This document shows, piece by piece, positions 56,247 through 64,000 of a stretch of DNA of 64,000 nt. The position numbers were made by a program, and so were the translations under genes. Position 1 is the stretch's first letter. Every line of letters begins with the position of its first letter. The notes below the pieces were generated by a model that did no database searches, was not told the DNA's origin, and was given only the letters and a program-made list of their open reading frames with translations. The DNA is from an uncultured Candidatus Saccharibacteria bacterium (GTDB lineage: Bacteria > Patescibacteriota > Minisyncoccia > Phycocordibacterales > UBA9973), in contig CAYYXE010000001.1 of assembly GCA_964475655.1 (NCBI GenBank), forward strand, positions 5,435 through 69,434, written 5' to 3'.

Positions 56247-57983
56247 CTACGAAAGTGTTGCCTTAATACGTCGCACGCCTGCACTTGATGCTTCTTCTTT
56301 CTGTATTTTGAACGTGCCAAGCACTCCAGTGCGCTCGACGTGTGGTCCTCCGCAAAATTCTTGGGAGAAAACTTTGTCGCTTGCGTCATGGATCATGTAC
56401 ACAGACACCATGTCAGGATATTTGGTGCCAAATTCCATTTCTGCACCCAGTGCCTTTGCCTCCTCGAGGGGCATTTCGCGACGGGTCACGGTGAGGTCTT
56501 CGCGGATCTTTTCATTTACCAAGTCTTCTACCTTTTGGAGCTCTTCACTGGTAAGCTTGCGGTCGAAGTTGAAGTCGATGCGAAGTCTCTCCTCTGTAAT
56601 ATTACTCCCCTTTTGGTGAATGTCGGGAGAGACGACTTCTTGTAAAGCCTTGAGAAGCAAGTGATGTGCAGTGTGAAGCTTCGTGGTCATCTCTGAGGTG
56701 TTGGCAAGGCCACCCTTAAACTTTTGCTCAGCACCTGCGCGAGATGCGTCTTGGTGAGCCTTCATTTGTGCGTCAAATGCTGCACGATCAATAGAAATTC
56801 CCTTTTCTTTTGCGAGTTCTTCGGTGAGTTCTATTGGGAAGCCATAGGTGGTCGCCAAAAGAAACGGGTCTGCACCTTTTTCAAATTCTTTGAGACCGGA
56901 TTCGAGTGTTTTGGAAAATTTACTTTTTTCAGCAAGAAAAATATCTACTAAATCTTGTTTATTCACTTCAGGATAGTGAGTTTGGTAGTGCCGTTGATAA
57001 AGTTCGGGAAGCGAATCAAAAGTTTCGTCTCGCAACCGTATCTTCTTTGATTGCATAACTGCACGCCTAATAATCCGACGAAGAACATACCCTTGATCCT
57101 TACTACTTGGAAACACTCCATCAGCAATCAAAAATACAGCGGTTCTGACATGATCTGCAATAATGCGCCCACTTCTTTCATTGTAATCTATTGCGCCCTG
57201 TTTTATGTCTGACAGTATAGAAGAAAACATATCCGCCTCGTACACATTGGACTTCCCTTGTACGATCATTGCGATTCTTTCCAAACCTGAACCTGTATCA
57301 ATGTTTTTTTGGGGAAGCTGTCCGACGACTTTGCCACCCTGTGAGAGATACTGCATAAATACATCGTTCCAAATCTCCACTACATCTCCTCGATCATCCG
57401 CAGCCACGTACTCCTCATGCGTCATATCACCGAGCGTGCCGGTCACATCATAAAACATCTCCGTATCGGGTCCGCACGGACCGTTGTCACCAGCGCTCCA
57501 CCAGTTGTTCTTTTTGGGAAGGAAATAAATTCTGTTTTCTGGAATATATTGCTTCCATATCTCTACCGCCTCCATATCGCGCGGTGCATCCGCATCACCT
57601 TCAAACACCGTCACATAGAGTCGTGCTGGATCAAGGCCAAGCCCTTCTTCTTTCGACGTAAGGAATTCATAGCTCCACTTGATCGCGTCGGGTTTGAAAT
57701 AATCACCAAGCGACCAGTTGCCAAGCATTTCAAAAAATGTGAGGTTTTTATTATTTCCCACTTCTTCGATATCGCCCGTGCGCACGCACTTTTGGCAACT
57801 CGCCAGACGAGTGCCTTGCGGATGCTTTTCACCCAAGAGGTATGGCACGAGCGGCTGCATACCTGCGGTATTGAAGAGTACTGAAGGATCGTTTTTGGGT
57901 ACGAGAGATGCACTGGGCAAAATAGCGTGTCCGCGTGCAGCAAAAAAGTCGAGGAAACGCTGGCGGATCTGAGAGCTTGTCAT
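56247..57983 (-). CDS. alaS: alanine--tRNA ligase, short form (catalytic + editing domains, no C-Ala domain)
   Basis: N-terminal FLDFFAARGH...LLFNTAGM class II motifs; editing-domain CGGPHV near C-terminus; 578 aa. Confidence 0.85.
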   Translation of the reverse strand: MTSSQIRQRFLDFFAARGHAILPSASLVPKNDPSVLFNTAGMQPLVPYLLGEKHPQGTRLASCQKCVRTGDIEEVGNNKNLTFFEMLGNWSLGDYFKPDAIKWSYEFLTSKEEGLGLDPARLYVTVFEGDADAPRDMEAVEIWKQYIPENRIYFLPKKNNWWSAGDNGPCGPDTEMFYDVTGTLGDMTHEEYVAADDRGDVVEIWNDVFMQYLSQGGKVVGQLPQKNIDTGSGLERIAMIVQGKSNVYEADMFSSILSDIKQGAIDYNERSGRIIADHVRTAVFLIADGVFPSSKDQGYVLRRIIRRAVMQSKKIRLRDETFDSLPELYQRHYQTHYPEVNKQDLVDIFLAEKSKFSKTLESGLKEFEKGADPFLLATTYGFPIELTEELAKEKGISIDRAAFDAQMKAHQDASRAGAEQKFKGGLANTSEMTTKLHTAHHLLLKALQEVVSPDIHQKGSNITEERLRIDFNFDRKLTSEELQKVEDLVNEKIREDLTVTRREMPLEEAKALGAEMEFGTKYPDMVSVYMIHDASDKVFSQEFCGGPHVERTGVLGTFKIQKEEASSAGVRRIKATLS

Positions 57984-58250
57984 GCGCCCATACTAGCAAA
58001 AAATGGCTAATAAAAAAAGCGCTCCTGTGCGGGCGCCTTAAATCAAAACCTGTGGAAATAGTTTAGCTCACGAAAAAACAAAATACAACAGTAGCTATTA
58101 CAGCACAAACTACTATCTCTGCGCACTTTATAAAAAGTGGCGATTCTTTTGAAAAAATCGGAATGTGACGAAACATAGGCTGAATTGGTTTAATTAGTGA
58201 AAAAAATAACAATCCTTTTTCCACTATACAACATATGCATGGTTTTGCAA

Positions 58251-60038
58251 TTATTTCTTTTTTGACTTCAGCCAATTCTTCGAAAGCTTCTCGAGGCGGT
58301 CGATATCTGCTTCGATCCCCTTAAGTCCTGCTTCAAAAAACTTTTTGTCAGTGTTAATGCCAATACTTTTGAATATATCTTTGGGACTCATAGAGTTTCC
58401 GGCGGAAAGAAATTGTTCGATTTTTAATTTAAATGAATGATCTTTTTTCCAGTTTTCATATAATGCACGGCTCACAAGTAACCCATAGACATAGGTATAC
58501 ACATAGAACGAATAACGCAAATGCGACCATGCCGTAAATACATACCCATCATCTTCTGTTATTTCAACCGCATTTCCAATATACGATTTAAGATGTTTTT
58601 GCATGATCCGTGCCATTTCTTCTTTTGAAAGGTATGCTTTTGATCTGACCCCTTCCTGCAGTTCTTTTTCGCAATTAAAGCATGCTATCTGACGGAACGT
58701 CGTAGCGATATCGCGATTGATTCTATCGTGTAAAACGATTATTTGTTGATCATCAGGCAAACCTTTGAGAATTTCATCGACTACAAATTGCTCAAAAAAC
58801 GTACTCGCGACTTCCGCTACCGAAATCGTATAGTCACCATAGAGCGGATCAAGTGGCTTGCTGAGTTCGGTATGGATTGCATGTCCCATTTCATGAGCAA
58901 GTGTTTCAACTGACTTGAGATTATTAACATGATTGAGAAAAACAAAGACAGGCAGTTTACCAAGCCCTGAGCAAAATGCTCCGCCCTTTTTGCCAGTCCG
59001 AGGCGACACATCGATTTGTCCTTGTTGTAAGTAAGTATCCAATAGGTCACTATACTTTTGATCAAATTTTGCAAATGCACTTTTTACAATCGACACAGCT
59101 GAGTCGAAATTAAATTCTTTTTTTATTTCACCCAAATGAAGATACAGGTCAGAAATTGTAAGTTTTTGTTCTTTTGTTAGTTTTTTGTGAAGAGTGTAAT
59201 ATCGATTGCTAATCGGAAATAGCTTTGTGGTAACCTCAACCAAATCGTTTACTTCCTTTTCATCATTTTCATATTTAAGCACTGTCGCACTATACGGTGT
59301 TTTGTATCCACGCAACTCATCACTTACTTTTTGAGTTGCATATATAGCGTTTAACTCTGCTTCAGCAAGGTTTGCAGTGTTTTTGCGAGCAGCAATTACT
59401 TTGTAATAAAGCGCGTGTCGTTCATCTTTTTTACGTAAACTCGTATATATCTCAGTTGCTTGAGATAACGATATTTTTTTACCCTTATATTCAACAAGCT
59501 GCTCACTGAGTAGCTTAACTTGTGCGTCATACCACATCTTTTCTGCAGGCTGAGAAAGAAGCGAAAAGAGCTGTTCTTCTTTTTCAGTCAAATTATGTGA
59601 TGCTCGAACAAAGACTTTTTGCAAATAATACCAAAAATGTTTCAATATTTTATCTTGCAGATATTTCTTTTGATTTTCTTTTGGGATTTTTGCAAGTGTC
59701 AATTCAAAAAATAACACTTTATTGAATGCTTTACGTTGGCGTTCATTCATCTTAGTTTCCATTGCTGCGGCGTATGTGTTGCTAGTATTGATGCTTTTAC
59801 ACAAACCAAAATACCAAAGTGGTTTATACGTAGAATCTGATAAGAACAACTCATAGTCTTTCAGCGCCTGAAGAAGTTTTGATGTAGTGCTTATAAAGTC
59901 CTTTTCTTTATATTTTTTCTCAAAACGTGCACAAGCAGCTTCAATAAATTGCATATCCTTCTCAATAGCAGGGTCCTTTTCGTTTTTATAAAGGAGGCCG
60001 AGATTCCATTCAGTCTTATATTTCATACCCGCCATCAT
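58251..60038 (-). CDS. pepF: oligoendopeptidase F (M3B)
   Basis: HEMGHAIH zinc motif; M3 architecture; AT-rich. Confidence 0.85.
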   Translation of the reverse strand: MMAGMKYKTEWNLGLLYKNEKDPAIEKDMQFIEAACARFEKKYKEKDFISTTSKLLQALKDYELFLSDSTYKPLWYFGLCKSINTSNTYAAAMETKMNERQRKAFNKVLFFELTLAKIPKENQKKYLQDKILKHFWYYLQKVFVRASHNLTEKEEQLFSLLSQPAEKMWYDAQVKLLSEQLVEYKGKKISLSQATEIYTSLRKKDERHALYYKVIAARKNTANLAEAELNAIYATQKVSDELRGYKTPYSATVLKYENDEKEVNDLVEVTTKLFPISNRYYTLHKKLTKEQKLTISDLYLHLGEIKKEFNFDSAVSIVKSAFAKFDQKYSDLLDTYLQQGQIDVSPRTGKKGGAFCSGLGKLPVFVFLNHVNNLKSVETLAHEMGHAIHTELSKPLDPLYGDYTISVAEVASTFFEQFVVDEILKGLPDDQQIIVLHDRINRDIATTFRQIACFNCEKELQEGVRSKAYLSKEEMARIMQKHLKSYIGNAVEITEDDGYVFTAWSHLRYSFYVYTYVYGLLVSRALYENWKKDHSFKLKIEQFLSAGNSMSPKDIFKSIGINTDKKFFEAGLKGIEADIDRLEKLSKNWLKSKKK

Positions 60039-60075
60039 ACCAAAAAGCCCCTCGTAGGGCTAATGGCGTGAAGTG

Positions 60076-60552
60076 CTAGAGGGTGGGGTTTTGTTCGTCG
60101 TGATCAAAGGGTAATTTGCGGATCTGGCGTTCGAGGAACCACATGACGACAAAGGTGAACAGTGCGAGCACGGTGACCACAACGGCGAGCTTGTAGAGTC
60201 CAAAGCCGGCAGCCATGCCGATCCCTGCTGCCACCCAAAGCCCCGACGCAGTCGTGATACCCGAGACGCGTTCACGGTGATGAAAGATTGCACCGACACC
60301 GAGAAATCCCGCTGCAGCCACTACTTGTGCGGCGATGCGCATCGGGTCAAAGGTCGCAAACTGATACTGCGCCGTCACCATTTGCGAGATGATCACAAAC
60401 ATCGCAGCACCCATCGAGATGAGCGTGTATGTGCGCATGCCCGCAGTCTTGTGCGCGAGAAATCGCTCGATACCGAGCACCATGCCAAGCAGCATCGCAA
60501 CGAGCAGACTCAAGATCATCGGATCATTTAGCAAGCTTTGTATCATATGCAC
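60076..60552 (-). CDS. mgtC: MgtC/SapB-family membrane protein
   Basis: N-terminal LGMVLGIERF...RTYTLISMGAA motif of MgtC family. Confidence 0.7.
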   Translation of the reverse strand: MHMIQSLLNDPMILSLLVAMLLGMVLGIERFLAHKTAGMRTYTLISMGAAMFVIISQMVTAQYQFATFDPMRIAAQVVAAAGFLGVGAIFHHRERVSGITTASGLWVAAGIGMAAGFGLYKLAVVVTVLALFTFVVMWFLERQIRKLPFDHDEQNPTL

Positions 60553-60567
60553 AAAGTATATCGCACT

Positions 60568-61623
60568 TTATACGACTTCATCAATGATCCCGCCGCCCAC
60601 AAGCACCTCACCATCATAGATCACAAGCGATTGTCCGAGTGCGATGAGCCCGTCATAGGCAAGCTGTACTTCCCTATCGCTTAATATTTTTGCTTCGATC
60701 AATGTTCCGTGATAGCGGATTTGTGCAGTGTATTTTTTGCTCGTATCAATAGTCTCAATCCAATTTACATCACGAAGCTTGAGTTTTTGTACTCCCGAAA
60801 CGACAGTTTGAGACTTTGGTGTATGCGAAACAATTACTCTGTTGTGTTCAATATCTTTGCCGATTACATAATATGGCCGATCATCAGAAGTCTTGGCAGT
60901 GATAGTAAATCCATGCCGTTCTCCCAGTGTATGGAACCATACGCCATCATGGGTACCGATCACAGCCCCCTTTTCATCGACGACTTCTCCCTGCTTTTGC
61001 TCTATATAGTGTGAGAGAAACTCTCGCATATCGACGTCTCCGAGGAAGCAGATACCCTGGCTATCCTTTTTGGTACTTGTAAAAAGCTTTGCTTCTGCTG
61101 CAAGCTTGCGTACCTCACCTTTGGGCAAATGTCCGATGGGAAATTGCACATGTGTCAATTCCTCTTTCTGCAACATCCACAAGAAGTATGATTGATCTTT
61201 TGATTTATCAATCCCCTTCAGTAATTTTTTGCCGTCAGTTTGCGCATAATGCCCTGTCGCGACTGCATCAGCCCCGAGAGACTGCGCATACTCCCACAGG
61301 ACGCCAAACTTGATCACACGATTGCACAGCACATCAGGGTTGGGTGTGCGACCTGCGCGGTATTCATTGATCATATACTCGGCCACGCCGTCCTTGTACG
61401 CTTGCTCTGCATCGAGGAAGTGGAATGGAATATCAAGGGAGGCACACACTCGCATCGCATCGCGCTTTTCATCAAGCCATGTGCACGGCAACCACTCAGG
61501 TGACCACGTCTTTACAAAGACGCCATGGACGTCATGGCGTTGCTGCTTGAGTAGATATGCCACAACAGACGAGTCTACTCCGCCTGATACGCCGACTACA
61601 ATTTTTTGCTTTCGCTTATTCAC
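60568..61623 (-). CDS. mnmA: tRNA-specific 2-thiouridylase MnmA
   Basis: PP-loop VGVSGGVDSSV and catalytic Cys motifs. Confidence 0.9.
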   Translation of the reverse strand: MNKRKQKIVVGVSGGVDSSVVAYLLKQQRHDVHGVFVKTWSPEWLPCTWLDEKRDAMRVCASLDIPFHFLDAEQAYKDGVAEYMINEYRAGRTPNPDVLCNRVIKFGVLWEYAQSLGADAVATGHYAQTDGKKLLKGIDKSKDQSYFLWMLQKEELTHVQFPIGHLPKGEVRKLAAEAKLFTSTKKDSQGICFLGDVDMREFLSHYIEQKQGEVVDEKGAVIGTHDGVWFHTLGERHGFTITAKTSDDRPYYVIGKDIEHNRVIVSHTPKSQTVVSGVQKLKLRDVNWIETIDTSKKYTAQIRYHGTLIEAKILSDREVQLAYDGLIALGQSLVIYDGEVLVGGGIIDEVV

Positions 61624-61688
61624 GAACTGATACTACCATATATTTGACAAAATAACGATTTGAGTTAGAGTATGAAAAATAATTCACT

Positions 61689-61946
61689 ATGCTAAAAATT
61701 CAAATTCGTAGGACTATTACAACTCTTATCAATCCTTCAAACTTCACCGTTGACAGCAACAGTCACGACAAAAAAGTAAATGAATTCCTGGAAAAACTTA
61801 CAGCAACAGACGACTTTGAAACATCTGTTCGACACGAGGAAATAGGTATACAGAATGGAGTATTTTTCGTTTCAGTTTTTCTCAGCAGTTTTTATAAGAA
61901 CAAGAAAGAGTTATACGAAAAAATCGTCAGCGAAGCTGCAAAATAA
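61689..61946 (+). CDS. hypothetical small protein (AT-rich)
   Basis: 85-aa ORF followed by strong terminator. Confidence 0.35.
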   Translation: MLKIQIRRTITTLINPSNFTVDSNSHDKKVNEFLEKLTATDDFETSVRHEEIGIQNGVFFVSVFLSSFYKNKKELYEKIVSEAAK

Positions 61947-61952
61947 CCTTTT

Positions 61953-61985
61953 AACACACCGTCATTAATTGGTGTGTTTTATTTT
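61953..61985. terminator. bidirectional terminator (AACACACC...GGTGTGTT + T-run)
   Basis: 8-bp perfect stem between convergent genes. Confidence 0.7.
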
Positions 61986-62521
61986 AAATTCAAAAGTTTC
62001 TTAAATACCTCAAAAGTAGCATAGGCGTCTGCAAAGGCACTATGCGCTTTTTTATTTTCGATGCCGTACTTTTCACAAAGCGCGCGGAGTGAGAGCTTGC
62101 CCATGTCGTCGTTGTTCTGCAAGATGCCAAATGCAAGTGCGAGCGTGTCGAGCTTGTGATAGTGAAATTTATCCTCGATGCCATAGCGCTTGAGATTTGC
62201 TTCGATAAATCCATAATCAAACACGATATTGTGCGCGACAAACACTGCTCCCTCAGTCTTCTTTACAAATGTATTGAGCGCGTCTTCGATCGATACTGCA
62301 AATATCCAATCAGCTTCGTTGTAGCCGTTGATCCGCAGTGCCTGTGCATCGGCAGTCTCGATGTGCTTGGGCATGATCTTGAGATCGAGCTGATCGATGA
62401 CTTCCAGTGTGTCATCTCGCAGGCGCGCGATGACGACCCCGAGTTCGATGATCTCACCCTTTTCATGATCAAGGCCAGTCGTTTCGATGTCGACAAATGC
62501 GAGCGGTTGCTGAAGTATCAT
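61979..62521 (-). CDS. DEDDh 3'-5' exonuclease (DNA polymerase III epsilon-like)
   Basis: Exo I FVDIETTGL, Exo II VAHNIVFDYGF, Exo III HSAFADAYAT; ORF N-terminal 148 codons judged non-coding. Confidence 0.7.
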   Translation of the reverse strand: MILQQPLAFVDIETTGLDHEKGEIIELGVVIARLRDDTLEVIDQLDLKIMPKHIETADAQALRINGYNEADWIFAVSIEDALNTFVKKTEGAVFVAHNIVFDYGFIEANLKRYGIEDKFHYHKLDTLALAFGILQNNDDMGKLSLRALCEKYGIENKKAHSAFADAYATFEVFKKLLNLK

Positions 62522-62540
62522 AGGAAGCTGAGTATAGCGT

Positions 62541-63488
62541 TTATCTGAGATACTTTGCAATGTTGGCTTGGTGTTCCTTGTAGGTCTTGGCAAAGTGCAC
62601 ACCACCGTCTCGATCGTGGAGATAATAGTAGTAGTCAGATGGCACTGGAGCTGCGGCAGCCTTGATCGCATCGAGTCCGGGATTGCTGATCGGGCCGGGT
62701 GGGAGGCCTTTGTTCTTGTAGGTATTGTACGGAGAGTTTGAGGCGAGGTCTTTGCGCGTGAGTTCACTCGACTCCTTGCCAAGCGTGTACAAGAACGGTG
62801 CATCCACTTGCATCGCCATACCTTCATCAATGCGCTTCCACAGGATGCCTGAGATGATCGGCATTTCTTCGGCCTTGTTTGCTTCTTTCTCGATGATAGA
62901 GGCCATGATGATGATGTCCTTTTGACTTCGACCAGAAGTACGCATGCTCTGCTGAAGTGGGACAAGCTGCTCTTCGAAGTTGCGCTTCAAGAGCGCCACC
63001 ACGACATCCGGCGTCACTGAGGGGAAGAAGCTGTAGGTGTCTGGGAAGAGATAGCCTTCGGACTCTTTGGCAAGCGTCAAGAAGAGTGCCGTATCAAAGT
63101 CTGGAAGTGTTGCACCAAGCCGATCGCTCATTTGCTTGGCAGTGAAGCCTTCGGGAAAGGTTACCTTTTTGCGATCGATCCCAAACTGCCGTCCCGAGAT
63201 GCGAAGCGCAATCTCAAGCGCAGACGCCGGCTTTTTGAAATAGTATTCGCCTTCGCTCGTGCGCCGCTCGCTCCCAAGTGCGATCATAAGCATCTCAAAC
63301 GGCTTTGTGTATCTGATGGCGTGGGCATCTTGGAGCTCATGCGATATGGAGAAGAGGCTCTGCCCTTCTTCGATCGTGAGGCGATACGGGACCGGGAAAT
63401 CGCTTGGCGGCGCAATAAGTGCACGCACGCCGATCCAGATTGCTGCGAGTACTATGATGATCCCAATGAGTTTCAATAGTCGTCTCAT
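62541..63488 (-). CDS. mltG: endolytic murein transglycosylase MltG (YceG-like)
   Basis: N-terminal TM, YceG core (GYLFPDTY, LPPGPISNPG). Confidence 0.85.
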   Translation of the reverse strand: MRRLLKLIGIIIVLAAIWIGVRALIAPPSDFPVPYRLTIEEGQSLFSISHELQDAHAIRYTKPFEMLMIALGSERRTSEGEYYFKKPASALEIALRISGRQFGIDRKKVTFPEGFTAKQMSDRLGATLPDFDTALFLTLAKESEGYLFPDTYSFFPSVTPDVVVALLKRNFEEQLVPLQQSMRTSGRSQKDIIIMASIIEKEANKAEEMPIISGILWKRIDEGMAMQVDAPFLYTLGKESSELTRKDLASNSPYNTYKNKGLPPGPISNPGLDAIKAAAAPVPSDYYYYLHDRDGGVHFAKTYKEHQANIAKYLR

Positions 63489-63490
63489 AC

Positions 63491-64000
63491 TTAGATAGGG
63501 AGGTTTGCAGGCGGTTCGCCTTTCTTGGACTCGATGCGCGTAAACGTCGGCGTCTCTGCAACACGTCCTGGGAGGTGGAAGAGCGTAGCGAGCTCTTCAC
63601 TCGTAAGCAAAAATCCATCACTGCCGCCCTTTTCAGGATGACTGAAGTATCGTTCGATCTTGTCAAAGCGAAATGGCCGATAGAAATATTCGCGGTCTTT
63701 GTAGTCGCCAAGATAGTGCTTTTTCATCTTTTTTACTTTGCGATCAAAGGGATCTTTCCATGGCATGGCGTCGGGCGTCTTGGTAAGGTCAAACATAGAG
63801 AGCGCGTTCATATCTTCTGACGTGCTGTACTGGCGAAACATTGCCGTGAACGCAGAGATAGTGTTGCCACTAAAGTTTTCCTTTTTGGCGACGTAGAGCA
63901 CTCTGATACCACAATCAAACCCTGCCTTGTTGCGATGGCGCTCGATCGACTCGATCACCTGTTGTTCGCCTTTGGTGAGTCTGCCGCTGACTGTCTTGCC
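63491..64000 (-). CDS. C-terminal part of a larger unidentified protein (partial, continues beyond window)
   Basis: Open frame continues to window edge (…GKTVSGRLTKGEQQVIESIERHRNKAGFDCGI…); no family assigned. Confidence 0.35.
   Translation of the reverse strand, partial: GKTVSGRLTKGEQQVIESIERHRNKAGFDCGIRVLYVAKKENFSGNTISAFTAMFRQYSTSEDMNALSMFDLTKTPDAMPWKDPFDRKVKKMKKHYLGDYKDREYFYRPFRFDKIERYFSHPEKGGSDGFLLTSEELATLFHLPGRVAETPTFTRIESKKGEPPANLPI

Noticed and set aside
58063-58275. 70-aa Cys-rich hydrophobic ORF overlapping pepF start
   Set aside because: It overlaps pepF N-terminal codons by 25 nt and has no independent signals. Possibly real, but unsupported.
1-64000. CRISPR arrays, transposases/IS elements, rRNA genes
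   Set aside because: No direct-repeat/spacer periodicity, no transposase-like ORF and no rRNA-like conserved blocks were detected on reading both strands.

Overview
Housekeeping-dense 64 kb window, about 50% GC, from a bacterium with a compact genome, possibly a Patescibacteria/CPR-type organism. Evidence for this is tight gene packing, shortened AspRS/AlaRS and broken-up classical operons. Identified core genes: five aminoacyl-tRNA synthetases (aspS, trpS, cysS, lysS, alaS); ribosomal proteins L25, L31, L9, L27, L21 and an rpsI-rplM-rplQ-rpoA-rpsD-rpsK-rpsM-rpmJ-infA block; prfA, one tRNA-Ile(GAT), rsmI and ctpA; a dcw fragment (mraY-ftsW-murG) with scpA/scpB; dnaB-recR; and grpE/dnaK/dnaJ. 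Short low-GC islands are scattered through this core. (1) A roughly 4 kb ABC-exporter / small SAM-methyltransferase / M16-peptidase cassette with a trailing small ORF, wedged between trpS and aspS. This is a candidate peptide maturation/export cassette, or alternatively a detox cassette. (2) A stand-alone RNA polymerase alpha-CTD homolog inserted between ftsW and murG. (3) A family of three homologous terminator-promoter modules, each driving an AT-rich small lipoprotein or membrane-protein gene. (4) Several AT-rich single small-TM-protein genes interleaved with the heat-shock genes, together with a PaaX-like winged-helix regulator where hrcA would normally sit. Other observations: a probable aminoacyl-tRNA-dependent transferase (DUF2156/Fem-like) near lysS; nested inverted-repeat RNA-like elements upstream of rpmE and between prfA and the tRNA; and a gene-free 560 nt AT-rich region with promoter/terminator signals. 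No CRISPR array, transposase or rRNA was seen.
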